A program made the translations under genes and the position numbers. The notes beneath the pieces were generated by a model. That model ran no database searches, was not told the DNA's origin, and saw only the letters and a program-made list of their open reading frames with translations. Below are positions 1-13,900 of a stretch of DNA of 64,000 nt, one piece after another. Origin of the DNA: Bugula neritina (taxonomy: Eukaryota > Animalia > Bryozoa). The stretch lies in the NCBI GenBank assembly GCA_964035545.1, contig OZ037772.1, forward strand, positions 1,612,001 through 1,676,000, read 5' to 3'. The number at the start of each line of letters is the position of its first letter. Position 1 is the first letter of the stretch.

Positions 1-279
1 CATAGAAAAAATATGTGATATACAGAATAAAAACTAACAGTTTAATATTGATAAAGCTTTTCATTTTCACACAAACATCTTTACAAGGCATTATTGTATA
101 TATAACTATTTGTATTAGAAGAGAGAAACAATATAATTTAGTATGCTCACATGGAACTATAGAAGGAAATGTCAGCTAGAAGAGGAAGGAAATGGAGGTC
201 AAGGCCAGCAACACAATGTCAAGGTCAACTGGAAAAAAAAGTAGTTTTAGGTCACGACTTGTCATTCTCAAATATGGCG

Positions 280-3200
280 GCTAGTTTGAGCACACTTTTG
301 GACTAGAAGAGGAAGGAGGCGAAGAGACCACAGAGCTCTCTGGGGAGGGAGGTAAAACACGCTTCAGCTACAAAGCAAGAGTTGAAAAGAGAACGAATTG
401 GAAAACGTTGAAATTTTACTCAATTCGATCAAAAATGAACAGATATTATTAAAAAAATTCTACAGATTTTAACGCTGATAAGCCAGGACAACTATAGCTT
501 ATTATAATTATATTATCACCTCCATTATATAATAATCATATTACATAATATATTATATTGTTTATATGCCATATTATCATTATATTATATTATAATCATA
601 CTATATTATAAATATGGTATATTGTTATATTATACTATCAATGTACATGACTTGCACCAAGTAGATGCCAAACGTTACCTTTTCTGTGTTGGCAACTTGG
701 GGCACAACTCTTTTGGGTCGGACGTCTAAAATAGATGGGGAAGAGATGATTCACCGCCCCTAGCAGAGGCGTGACTTCAGGAGAAAAATCCGAGACTAAG
801 TTACGACAACTTCTTCTCATGGTGTTGGCGGCTTTGAGAAAGATAGCTCTGTCGTACTTCTTGCCTGAAGACAGGAAACGATCATTGTACTTCCATAAAG
901 GAAACGTACATGAACTGTATCAGAAGCTCAAACTAACGTCTGTTAATAGTAATGGAAGATATAACAATCTTAATGAGAATTAAAGGCTCTATTAATAGTA
1001 ATCATTAGATATCTGAATTTGAATTGTGGGAGGCTAACGCACTCACCCTGAGTAAACATCAGTTTGAACAGAGCACTGAGGTTATCTCCAATACTGTTGA
1101 GACTAGCTATAGCCTGGGAGCACATATCATATTGCAGCCACGGGTCTACCTTAGTGAATTTCATACCTTGCAACTGTAAAAAGACGACAGAGCGAATAAA
1201 AATGAATAACTGAACAGAGAATACATTCAATAACAGGTGGTTGTCAGGTGGGTGATATTCACTACTGCTTCCCTCTGATCGCGTGATGTAACAGTCAAAT
1301 ATGACATCACATGTCGACTCACTCTGCACTGGCTGTGACAAGCAGTGCTCCATACTCAGACCACCCACAGTCCAAGCACCTGGAGCACTGCCCACACATG
1401 GCAACAAGTGACAAGACAAAGTGCTGGGGATAACTAGCAATACAAAGATAATGAACGATCAGAGTATGAAGTTGGTACTCACCAGTTTGAAGGTGTTCTC
1501 AATATCATCTCTATAACTGGTTAGAAAGGATTGCACTTGGTTGAGTACTCTGTTAACAGCACCATAAATATCCTTTTTTGCATAGCAGTTGCCGGCACCT
1601 GCACAACATGAAATAACTACCACCTGCTATCCGTTGACATATGTGAGACCAGTTGCTAGTGACATCAAATGACAGGTACTTGGTTAGCAATTTTATACAA
1701 AGATGAGAGTTCTACTGTCACTTGATCAAAGGTTCTGACACTCTTCGCCTAGTGTGACTCATAAATTATATATGACTTAGGCTAGCAGGTGAGCATGAGC
1801 TCATTTTATAAGCTATGTAGCTCAAAACTATGCAAGCATCCTACCATAAAATGTCAACCATTGGAGAATCTTCTGGCTCTATAAGTTTGTATAATGAGGA
1901 TATATTTAATACGATGTTACGTGATTATATGGAGTTAACATCACAATACAAAATAGTGATAGTTTTGAGCAACAAGTCTTATATTATTATATGAACTTAT
2001 TGAGAAACAGCATCTTGGGAACATAGGCTTTACATTACTACATTAAAATACACACATGTATAACAGAAGTTGAACAAAATACTTTTATATTCTTATCCTA
2101 AAAATTTCAATATTTTTTAAGTCAGTTGGGTTCTACCTTTTATATGTACACTGTTCAGTGGAATGCTTTTTTTAAACAAAGAAAGTGTTATTTACACTCA
2201 TTAATTTTAGTTGCCAAGGGAGCTAAAGTTGCAGATAGTTCCTTTCCTTTCAGATAAAATGTGTTACATATGCATATGAATATGTTCAACTGATGATAGC
2301 AATTAAAATACAAATACCTTGCAACATAAAATAACACAACACCTGCAAAATACTGCTTACAATCGAATTTGCAGCTCTAACTGTAATATTGAGTCTACCC
2401 TGTGGTGTAATGGTAGCACGCTGGCGGGTGGGAAAGTTTTTAATTGAGTTCTGGGTTTGAAATGAAATTAGGACTCACCTGCTGACGCTGCCTTGTAGCT
2501 CTCCAGAATGCTGCCAGCAGAGATTCTACACAACTCACACTGCTGCAGTATGCAGTCAAACACCCTCCTGCTCCCTACATTGGTTGCTATAAACAGTACA
2601 GAGCTACACGTATGAGATAAGAGTGGACTAACAGAGTAGTCTCTGAGAATATATACGAGGTATATGACCAGAGAGGAGATTATTCCAAAACAGCCGAAAC
2701 TAGGTTGGTGTGAAAATAATCCGACTTAATTAATGACTTTAGTAGCAATGACTTCATTAGCAATGATTCAATTAGCAATGACTCAATTAGTAATGACTTA
2801 AATAGTAATGACTTAAATAGTAATGACTTAATTAGTGACGACTGCAACTTATATAGTAATGGCAGTATTAGCAATGATTTAATTAGTAACAGCAGTAATA
2901 GCAATGACTTCTGCTTTGGTAATTTAATTTTTTGTAAAAAGGGTGACAAACAATTGAGTGAAGACAAAAAAACAGAAACATAACCAGTACCTTTATTTTT
3001 TTGTAAACTGTAGGAGATGAAATATTTGCACATGGAGAACATGGTACTGGAAGACATGAGCTTTGACCTTGACCTGCCTCTGACCTTCATAGATGGAGAC
3101 TGCTGATTGGCTGAAGCAGAGGTAAAGACTAACTCTACAGAGGTGAGTTTATTCTCAGAGCTAAGGCTCTCGCTCAGACTGTCAATAGAGAAACACAGAG

Positions 3201-6200
3201 ATAGAGCTGCTGTACTCATACGTGGTGGAAGTTGATAAATGTCAAATTAATACCAAAATATTACACTCATTTGTACTGGAAATCGAATGAATTCATTAGA
3301 AAGTAAATGAGATATTTGAATTATCAAATAGCAAGGAGGTTATGTTGTTGGCAATTTAATTAACTATTTTCTCAAATCAATGTTATAAAATATAAAACAT
3401 AGTCCCAGAAAAACTCCACTGACAAAAATTGAACTTAAATTGGTGAACGAGCCAGTCCTAACATGTAAACACTAGATTTATCCCAGTGATCAGGCAAACA
3501 AAACTAAACTATAAGATTCTTAGGCAGATGCGAGGAGTAGTTAGTGGAACTGTTATAGTGCAGACCATACTTAGCCTTAGTAGCTAGATTACCTGGTAAC
3601 CTGCTGATTGAGGGGGGTCAAGGAACTCTTCCAACTGTCACCTGGGTTGGAGAAGACAGCCAGACACTCATGAGGTGTGTTACTGTGAAGTAACTCTCGC
3701 ATGTCTGCTAGTCTCTCCTCAAACTTGGACACAGTGAAGTGTGCGTATCTAGTGTGTTGTTTATCCGTTACCTTGACAACCATAACATTGTCCACTTCTT
3801 CCTGTTCAAATACCTAGAACAGACAGACACATGGAGTGTAACGCAATTACACATATATTTATAAATTTATATAAATAAATAAACAAGTGTATGTGAGTGT
3901 ATGTGTGTGTGTGGTGCGTGTGTGGTCTGCGTGTACGTGCATGTATCTGTGTGTATTATTGACACAATCAAAGGCAAAATTCAACCTAAACAATTATATC
4001 AATAGCTGGCTAGAAAGTACGGATCACATAATTTTTGTGAAAAAAAAACTTCTACACACGATAATTAAAAAACTAAAATAAAAATGCATATTTTTAATAT
4101 CATCTGGTACATGCTTTAATTATGGCAGACACAAAGCATGCACAGAGAAAAATAATTTCTTAAGTAGATACTGTGGGTAATGTTGATGTGGACTCTATGA
4201 ACAATGCAAGTATTATATAGGAGTTGTGTACTCTTTAAAAACGGATAACTTGCTGTAGGCATTGACTTTGGTTGACTCAGTTTATTGCCTTCCCTTATAA
4301 AAAGAGCGACCTTATAAAGGTCAGTTTTACCCCGCTCTACAAAAAATAGGAGTAAATTAGACTAACATTATACTGGGTTATTTTATCATGTAGTTTTCTT
4401 ATCATATACAATACAACTCATTAGGATCTGGTAGTAAGAAAATATAAAACAGATATTTTAATTTAGGAGGAAAAACTGAAAAGTTACCAAAACCGAAGAT
4501 GAGGTCTAGCGGAATAATAAGAAACTTCTCACAACAAAGTAATTCGCAATGAAGGGTCAGAGGTCAAGCATACACCAAATCTAGCAAATTTATTATCTTC
4601 AACAGCCTCTCAATGAAACCATGCCATGCCTAGTTCACCTCATAGCAATATACCACTGACAGGGTGGGGGGGGGGAGCATGACTAGCAGAGTCTTAGCAA
4701 TTATAAACTGGAAAAAGCTCTCAAAAACACAATCAAAATAAGCATATAGACAAACTATACCCTTTCTCCTATAATATATATAAATTAACAACATAAACTA
4801 TAACTGCAGTCAGGAGAACATAACTCTGAAAATAAAACAATGAGTTGTGTAATTCTGTATGTTGATTCCCCAGATACAGCAGGTGTAGAGCTCAAAGGAT
4901 TACCAAGTGACTGATATTAATTTTTAATATCGATATAGAATGTAATATTAAGTTTTAAAGGCAGTCATAAAAATAAAAAAGAAATAAAAGTAATGGCGCT
5001 GTGATAAATACAAATAATTAAAGCTGAAACTTCTTTTTTTTTAAAACCTCACTATGAGAGACTACGCCGCCGTTGCAATCAACAATCGTAAATAAATGTT
5101 GTAAAAACTCATATTTATTTTTAATCGCTTCCACAACAATGCTTAAAGAGATGAAGACTATGAGTGAAAACAACACAACCCTTTCTCTCTGACAGATCTA
5201 GATTGAGTGTAGATTCACCATAATTCATTAGTGGGTGTCGAGACACCAAATTACCGACCCCTACTAACTGAAGCTCACCACTAGGAACTGAAGCTAGGCT
5301 TTTCACAGCCACTTCCTCTTTGCCTCCTTTTAGGTGTTCGAGTCCCGCAGAGAGGAAGCGCTGGGCCGAGGAGATGGTAGGTAAAGAGTCCGTCAGCACG
5401 GCAATATGTGTGCGCTGCTTTACCTACAACGGAGTATTTAGAAATATTCCCAGCAAAGACATTTCAATCACTGACTGTGTAGTTACAGTGAAAGTATAAT
5501 AATACCATAATATATAAGTCATCATAACATTGAAGTATACAATGATCACTAAACATATATGCCGAGTGATGACCAATGTGCCTGGGAACATTAATAAATA
5601 CACATCGAATGACCAATATGCTTGGGGAATACTAATGGAGACATGACTGTACACAAAAAACAGGCTTACCGATCATTCTGCGCTTCCTCAATCTCAGTTT
5701 TGGCAAACAGGAAGTCCTTAGGAATGCTGGAGGACTTGCGTTTAGATGGGTCAACGCCGGCGGGGTGATTAAAGCGGAAATAGTGATCACCACCGATAAT
5801 AACTCGGTCTCCCTACAGACATGATAACAGGAAATGATTCAATATTGAAAATATTACGCTAAACAAGCATAGTAAATAAACTACCAAACAATAATCTATC
5901 AGTTTCATAAACAATTTCATCACTAATGTGATTGGATAGAATCAAGTAGAGTTTGTCTCCTAATGCATTTCACAATTGCTATAAAATCAAAAATACTACG
6001 CTGTAGCAATTTAGTAAGTAAATTAGAAATGTTAATTGACAAGTTTCATACACGATTGCATCACACATGTAACTAAAAAGAATTTAGCATGAGCGAGTGC
6101 ATTCCACAATTTCTTACAGGTTATTCTAATACTTAAACACCACAAAGTTAATATAATTATACAGTATAAGTAATGCAGTCATACAGTGTCATTAGATACA

Positions 6201-6381
6201 CATAGCTAGCAGAATCTGGCCACACAGTAAGCTGGCAGGTTCATAGTCAGTGAGGTTACAGTTCACACGTCTTACATGGTTCAGTGTCATTGAGTCCACA
6301 ATCTACTCTCCGATCACAAAAGTGGGAGCTTCCTTATCAATAGGAGTTATCACCACCTGGTTATCTTTATGCACCAACAGA
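280..6381 (-). pseudogene. KIF14: Partial, decayed KIF14-like kinesin-3 copy (FHA domain and C-terminal exons; no motor domain seen)
   Basis: AG/GT-bounded exons 6381-6276 (LLVHKDNQVVITPIDKEAPTFVIGE*IVDSMTLNH), 5812-5670 (GDRVIIGGDHYFRFNHP...PKDFLFAKTEIEEAQ, resembling KIF14 GDRVILGGDHYFRFNHP...PKDFEFAKNEL) and 3813-3593 (..FTVSKFEERLADMREL..VFSNPGDSW). Further probable exons lie near 3200-2985, 2590-2478, 1598-1481, 1172-1047, 938-679 and 370-280. In-frame TAG at 6305-6303, phase mismatch between 5670 and 3813, and an in-frame TGA near 920. Confidence 0.65.
2725..2910. repeat. Degenerate 15-bp tandem repeat (TAGYAATGACTTAAT-like)
   Basis: Visible periodicity; gives LLIKS/LLFKS repeats in ORF 2680..3219. 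Confidence 0.7.
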
Positions 6382-6765
6382 CTGTAACAAGGACACTACA
6401 TCTACTTTTATGACCATTTTATATAACAGCAATGTGAATAACAAATGATGAATGTATATGCATTTCTATGGCCTTATAGCTGTATATTTCTTGATGACTG
6501 TATTTAGTAGTAAACTATCTCTTTGTTCATGATATAATATCTATTGAGCAAACTTTCTATTACACATCAGGTCTACTCTGACAGTAGCCTGTATACGTAT
6601 AGATATCATTTACTGACTGGATGTTTTTCCTAACATCGCCTATAGCCTTTTTCGTGGCTCGAACCTATTATTTTGTGTTTACTAGGCAAACCCTCGAACC
6701 CCTAGACCATGTCTGCCACATGTTATTTATTTATATGGGTGTCAGTGTGAAGTTCCGGTTTGTAG

Positions 6766-6836
6766 GAGAACCTGGTAAAATTGGACCACAGGGACCCAGT
6801 GGACGAGATGGAGAAGATGGAGCTCCTGGTTTACAG
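6766..6836 (+). other. Orphan collagen-like exon (8 Gly-X-Y triplets)
   Basis: tgtag|GAGAA...TTACAG|gtattt encoding GEPGKIGPQGPSGRDGEDGAPGLQ; no other collagen exons found in the window. Confidence 0.55.
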
Positions 6837-7280
6837 GTATTTCACAAACTATTCTGAAACTCATACTTTTATTGTTCATTGTCTATGTATTCTCCACCAT
6901 GTTTTTACTAGGAGTAAACTTTATTTCAGTAATGAGTTTAAAATAAGTTTTTTTTTCATATTTTGCTATTTATTATTGCTTGAATATTGTTATGAGAGTA
7001 TTGACTGGCTTGACAATATCAGTGCAGTGATGTGATTGGCTTGACAGTATCAGTGCAGCGATGTGATTGGCTATTCTGTTCTGAAAGAGATAATACACCC
7101 GGGATTTTACAGAACTGAAGGAGAAAAAAGTTCACCCGATGTTGATGGCCTGCCTGATATATCGTTCCTATATAGTAACGTGTTGGTTTCCTGTATGGAT
7201 GTTGCTAGTCACCAGATACTAGTCCTCTACTATGTTGCTAGTCACTTGATAATCTGAACAATCTCTGGCTTCTTCTTAAG

Positions 7281-7459
7281 CTGAGCGAGTTGTTGGTATG
7301 ACTATTCCTTTTGTCGATTGTAGATGTATAAACTCAGTGGCAGTAGAAGACGCATTCCGTAGGAAGAATAAGTCAGTCATTTTATATACAGCTGGTGATA
7401 AAGAATACACAGTAACAGTCAGCAGGTTCCAATCTTTCGTGCTGCAGGTTGATTGCAAG
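7281..7459 (+). other. Orphan exon-like segment, weak WWE-domain resemblance
   Basis: ttaag|...TGCAAG|gtatgt, open frame ..SVAVEDAFRRKNKSVILYTAGDKEYTVTVSRFQ..; the resemblance is by eye only. Confidence 0.3.
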
Positions 7460-7469
7460 GTATGTAAAT

Positions 7470-7700
7470 CTAACCTTTATATAGTGTAAATAAGACCTAT
7501 ATACTGTTAATCTGACCTATATAATATAAATCTGACCTATATAATGTAAATCTGACCTATACAGTGTAAACCTGACCTATATAGTGTAAACCTGACCTAT
7601 ATAGTGTAAATCTGACCTATATAGTGTAAACCTGACCTATATAGTGTAAATCTGACCTATAAAGTGTAAATATAACTTATATAGTGTAAATTCGACCTGC
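7470..7700. repeat. 20-bp minisatellite (ATAGTGTAAATCTGACCTAT), about 11 copies
   Basis: Direct tandem periodicity. Confidence 0.9.
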
Positions 7701-8724
7701 ATGTGAACGTGATTGCGATAGTTGCATCTTTTTTTCTATTAAGGTACAATAAAGCTTGCCTTTGAGGCTTTTCAACAACCACTTATGAGTTCAACCCAAA
7801 AGCACTTTGATTTCTGTGCAAGTTTAGAGTTTTGAGTTTGCCCTCTGCCATTTTGTAGTATTCCAAAAACCATCAGAAGCTCTGACAGTGATTGAGATTG
7901 ACACCAAGACCCCCACCCACTTGCCTATTATTGACATAGCTCCTGGTGACATCGGGACCACTCACAAAGAGTTTGGGGTTCAGCTTGGAGAAGTCTGCTT
8001 TTCATAGACTCATATCTAACAACAGTGTTATTTTGCTGATTTTTTAAAACTGTCCCTGATAAGATAATTAGTGGCCAATCAGAGAGTGCACTCAATGTTT
8101 GGTTGGCTGAGACCAGCGGTCTGATTTTTATATAACCTAAGTTTTAACTAAAATATTTGATTACTCTAAATAAATTTATCCGAGACTTCTGAGGCAGTGA
8201 TGGTGATTTTTGTACATATAAATTTGAAGGAGTTTAGCTATAGGGTTTATGCTGTTTTTATTAATTATTCCACCATAACCTTAGATTGTGAGTAGTAATT
8301 CTAGAATGAGGTAGGCAGGGTGTTATGCCTCTCCCTATGACTTTATGTATTTAGAAACTGTTGTTGATTTAGTAATTCTGTTGGTGCTACATCTTGGAAT
8401 TTATTTAATTCAATCATTTCTCTAATGTTGCAAAATATATTTTACCATACAGCACTACACAACTTATTTCTCAGCTTGTAAATTTCATCATCAAAATTAT
8501 TATAGTACTAAAGTTGGTCGCAGATTTCTGATAAGCTGCAGTTTTCAGATCTGATTATTTAACCTATTCATCCTGAAATGAGACATTGTTAGTTTAAAAT
8601 AGAATTTAACATATGTTTTAGTTACTTAGTTCCAACTGTGTGGACCATATCAACATGTTAAATTTTACTTTGGCTGCTATGAAGTATATAAGCAAATGGC
8701 ATTAAGTTATTAATATATAATAAG

Positions 8725-9056
8725 GTTTGCAAAGACTTGATATACCAAGCAACTGTGACAAGACATGACAATAACTCCAGCCAATCATACATAGGACTTT
8801 GTTCAACTACCTTCAAAGCCAGACTCAGCAACCATAAAGCCTCTTTCCTACATGCAGATAAAGCCAACAACACACAACTCAGCAGACACATCCGGGAATT
8901 AGAACAAAAATAACACGAAATTCAGCCTAAAATGGATCCTTTTAAAAATTTGTAAATCATACTCAAACCTAATCAACAGCTTTAACTTATGTAGCTATGA
9001 GAAATATGTAATTTTTAAACAACGGGAGTTATCCACTCTCAACAAACGCAAAGAGT
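8725..9056 (+). mobile_element. Degenerate Penelope-like element fragment (GIY-YIG endonuclease end)
   Basis: Translates IYQATVTRHDNNSSQSYIGLCSTTFKARLSNHKASF..TQLSRHI, followed by frame-broken NLC.YEK..LNKRKE motifs typical of Penelope-like ORF C-termini. Confidence 0.7.
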
Positions 9057-9257
9057 GAAGTGTGAGAATTCCATGCTAGTGACCTGCCACACGCAGTGCG
9101 TGTGTTGCGAGTGCAAAATATTATTAGCAAATGATGTTAGCGTTAAACTTTACTGCTCACCTACAGACGTTTGTTTTTAAACAGCGTCACCGGGCAAAGT
9201 AATTTGGATATTATAAAAGCAGAAATGCAAAATATATAAAACTGTTTTAATTCAGCT

Positions 9258-9785
9258 CAGTATATTATGTTATACAGTATACTATGTTATACAGTATACT
9301 ATGTTATACAGTATACTATGTTATACAGTATATTATGTTATACAGTATACTATGTTATACAGTATACTATGTTATACAGTATACTATGTTATACAGTATA
9401 CTATGTTATACAGTATATTATGTTATACAGTATACTATGTTATACAGTATACTATGTTATACAGTATATTATGTTATACAGTATACTATGTTATATAGTA
9501 TACTATGTTATACAGTATACTATGTTATACAGTATACTATGTTATACAGTATATTATGTTATACAGTATACTATGTTATACAGTATACTATGTTATACAG
9601 TATATTATGTTATACAGTATACTATGTTATACAGTATATTATGTTATACAGTATACTATGTTATACAGTATACTATGTTATACAGTATACTATGTTATAC
9701 AGTATACTATGTTATACAGTATACTATGTTATACAGTATATTATGTTATACAGTATACTATGTTAAACAGTATATTATGTTATAT
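9258..9785. repeat. 17-bp minisatellite (TATGTTATACAGTATAY), about 31 copies
   Basis: Direct tandem periodicity; explains ORFs 9267-9897. Confidence 0.95.
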
Positions 9786-10778
9786 TAATCAACATACAAA
9801 TAAGATGCTCTTGTCAGTCTATTATTATACACTGGAACTGGGTTACTCTCTCACCTCCCCTCACTGCGGCTCAGCTAGACCAGTGCTTCCCAAGTGATGA
9901 ATTTGGGCTTTTTTAGGGAAGATTTTTATTTCTAAAAATTTCACAGTTTGTTACCAGCCCTATTGAGCTCTTGCCTTATTTTCAAGATTACATGTACTGT
10001 ATATGTATAACTATAACTCATTCATTTTATGTAGTTCATATATTTATCCACACTACACACTACAATCTAAGTTTACTTCTACATCCATGTGTCTATTATT
10101 CACTCTACTTTAGCTGCTATACCTGTCCTACTATGAATGAAGGTTTGGAAGTTGGAATTGGAAGCAAAACCAACAGGAAGTTTAAGCAGCAATGCAAGCT
10201 CATTTCTATAAACTATACACACTGCATACATATAGTGGATATATTTCCTGTGTTCCAGTGCAATCATCACATCATCGCTCTTCATTATAGCAGCATCAAT
10301 CCTTTCAAACCTGAACTCAAGTTGTGACCTTGACATAATTCTATGATACAACTATCCTCACACTCAATAAATTATTAGAAAAAGAACCTGTTTCAGAGAT
10401 ATCTTTCAAAAAGCATTTCTGCGAATATATTTGAACTTTTAACATTATTCAACAGTATTTCCCTGAGCTACCTTCATAAGAGAGTTACATGGGAGTGTCA
10501 TTGAGCTGGTTTACAGTGAAGGATGATTTGCTGAATTCTGTGTTTCCACAAGCAAACTCTACCCACACATTGCTGACAATACACTAACAGTTTTAGTGCC
10601 ATTCAGCACCACGTTTTTATATAAGATAAGATTCCTTCAATTAATATGCTAATGGTTAGGAATCAGCAAATGAAGTGCCTTGACCTGCAAATTGTGACCT
10701 ACAATGTACAGCTTGTCAAAACCCAAGTCAGACTTAAGTAAGCTGCAGCACAAATTCACCAGCTTCAGCCATCATATT

Positions 10779-10966
10779 TGTTATGTTTAAAGAATTGTAT
10801 ACTAGAGTTATGTCCCCTATTGTAGTTCGTATTTTGAAATTATCATCGTTTGTGTATGACGTCATTATGATGAGTCGCCATTACTACTCTATCGAAATAT
10901 TAATAGCATGTTTAACTGAATTTATTAAATATCAATAAAAGTTATAAAACTAGATTGAACACAACA
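10779..10966 (+). repeat. Gypsy-A 5' LTR
   Basis: Direct repeat of 15363-15550; starts TGTT, ends AACA; contains AATAAA. Confidence 0.95.
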
Positions 10967-10968
10967 TC

Positions 10969-10981
10969 TGGCGACGAGGAT
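10969..10981 (+). promoter_or_regulatory. Primer-binding site, tRNA-Ser(GCT)-type
   Basis: TGGCGACGAGGAT is complementary to the ...ATCCTCGTCGCCA 3' end of metazoan tRNA-Ser(GCT). Confidence 0.8.
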
Positions 10982-10998
10982 TGGTTGTGATACTGAAT

Positions 10999-13900
10999 AT
11001 GGCTTCAAATATTGGTTCAGTTGGCGAGTTTGATGTCAGTAAACCCAAAGATTGGTCTACATGGAAACTGAGATTCAAGGCATGGCTGGCTGTCAACAAG
11101 ATTGATAATGACGATAAAATTAATGCTCTGTTGGCTGTAGCAGGTGGTGACATGGTAGACCTTCTGGTGAGTTTATGTCATCCTGCAGATGTTACTACTA
11201 AAGACTTTGATGTATTAATGAAATTGATCGACGATCATTATGGAGCAGGCAGGAATGAAATTGCTGAAAGCTACATGTTTGACTGCAGATCGCAAAATGA
11301 CACTGAGTCGGTAGCAGATTATGTGGTAGCTCTAAGAAAGCTATCTGTGTATTGTAATTTTGGAAGCCAGTGGGAACAAAGAATGCGTAATAGACTTGTG
11401 TCTGGTGTTAAGAATGATAAAATAAGAACTAGATTGTTATCTGAGGGCGCTAAATTAACATGGGAGAGAGCAGTAGAAATTGCAATCACAGCTGATGTAC
11501 AAAATAATTACACTGACACGAGTAGAGCAGCAAAAGTTGGCAATGGTGGTATGAGCGTACAGAGGATTGGCAATGACCGTAACAGGGGCAGTGTCATGAC
11601 AAGGTCAAGGCCAAATTTCAAGTGTTTTAGGTGTTTGGGCACCAATCATCAGTCACATCAATGTAAGTTCAAGGACTCGAATTGCCATCATTGCAATATG
11701 AAGGGGCATATTAAAAGAGCTTGTAGGCAACTACAAAAAGTGCAGGGAGTAGAAGAAGATCGCCAACAGCTGATGCCAACACCACAAAGCCAAAGCAGGG
11801 CGCCTAGTGCTAGCGGATATCCTTCCACACTTGATCAATATTACGCTAACCAGAACAGGAGAGACTCTGAGCAGCTTAACTCTCAATGCTTTTCATCAAA
11901 TCCAAATAATGACTGCCTGTCAGTACGATGTGTTTCAGGACCGCACAATCAACAGATTACGGTGAATGTTGACATTGAGGGCGTGACAATGGCCATGGAA
12001 GTTGATACTGGTTCCTGCATTACGTTAATTACTAGTGCAGACTATGATAGATATTTTTCCAGAATACCTTTAAAACCTTGTGGTCTTACATTTAGGAGCG
12101 CGTCTGGTGACAGCGTCGCGATTTTGGGAAAATTTGAGGTACGCGCACAATATGGCGACCAGGTACATAGACTATGTTTGCGAGTAGCGCGTGGTCACTC
12201 TAGGTTGTTAGGTAGAGATTGGTTAAGTGTGATTCGTTTAAAGTGGGCTGAAATCGGAGCCCAACTACATGGTAACAAAATGGTTAATGGTATTAATTTT
12301 GACAGGATTCAGGCCATTAAGCAATTAAAGCAAAAGCACACTGAAGTGTTCAAGAAAGAGCTAGGTACCCTGAAAGGTATACAGGCAAGGCTCAGGCTGA
12401 AAGAAAGGACCATCCCTAAGACCACTAAGCCATATAGAGTCCCATTAGCTATGAGGACCAAGGTTGAAAGTGAGTATGAGAGACTAGAATCACTAGGTAT
12501 CCTTGAAAAGGTAAGTGCATCTGAGTGGTCAACAGGTGTAGTGGCAGTACCCAAACCTGATGGCTCAGTAAGGATATGTGGTAACTACAAAACCACGGTA
12601 AACCCAGCATTAATGCCTGTAGCACCTCCTCAAATAAATGTTGACGGCATTCTGGCAAACCTGAATGTAGATGGTAAGTCGAAATATTTTACCACACTAG
12701 ATCTGGCGCAGGCCTACAACCAGATGATTGTCAGTAAGGAATCCAGACCACTTTTGGCTCTAGCTACGCACAAGGGTTTGTATGCCTACACCAGATTAGC
12801 TTTTGGGATCAGTGTGGCACCAGCCTTGTGGCAAAATGCTATGGAACAAGTTCTGATGGGTATTGAGAGGGTACAGGTATACTATGATGACATCTTAATA
12901 GCTGGAAGAACAGAGGAGGAGCATGTCAAACTTCTAGATCAGGTAATGACTAGATTGGAGGAGTATGGCCTGCGACTAAATGAGCAGAAATGTATGTTCT
13001 TTAGAGAGTCAGTAGAGTACCTAGGTATGGTCATTGATCAGAATGGAATCGCACCGATCCCCAGTAAGATAGAGAAAGTTGTGAGCACTCCAAAGCCTAA
13101 AGATGTAACACAATTGAGATCTTATGTGAGTATGCTTAGCTACTACCGTAGATATCTAAAAAATCTGGCACAAGAAATAGCCCCACTGACCAACATGCTT
13201 GCAGGTAAGAAAACACAGCTAGATTGGAGTAAAGAGGCTGAGGAGGCTTTCGCAAGATCTAAAAGCATGCTAAAGAGCTCCGGACTTCTCATTCACTTTG
13301 ACCCTAAGCTGAAAACCAGGGTAACCTGTGATGCCTCAAGAGATGGCATAGCAGCAATATTGTCCCACATTGGAGAGGACGGGCAAGATCGACTAGTGCA
13401 ATTTTCTTCAAGAGCTCTAACACCGACGGAGAGACTCTACCGACAACTAGAGAGAGAAGCTCTAGCAATTGTTTATGGGTTAGAAAAGTTCTACTACTAT
13501 ATCTATGGGAGACGCTTTACCCTAGTGACTGATAACCAGCCACTAACATGGATTTTCCATCCGAACAAGAGTCTACCTATAATGACAGCGGAGAAGATCC
13601 AAAGATGGGCCCTATATGTAAGTCAGTTTGACTATGAAATTGAGTTCAAGCGAGGCCAAGACAACAATGCTGATTACTTCTCAAGGATGCCGGTGGACCC
13701 AGCGCCCGTGGATAATGTAAACATTTCAGAGGTAGGGTATGTGTTTAGCGTGACTGAAGAGGTGTTGCCAGTCACAGCAGAGGTCATTGCAAAGTATACT
13801 TTGAGTGACCCTACATTGCTTGGTGTAATGAAATATTCTAGAGTTGGATGGCCGAAGCACTTGAAAGGAGATGAGGAATTCCTTAGACCATACTATGCTA

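Noticed and set aside
9267-9897. Repetitive ORFs in all three frames
   Set aside because: 17-bp minisatellite artefact
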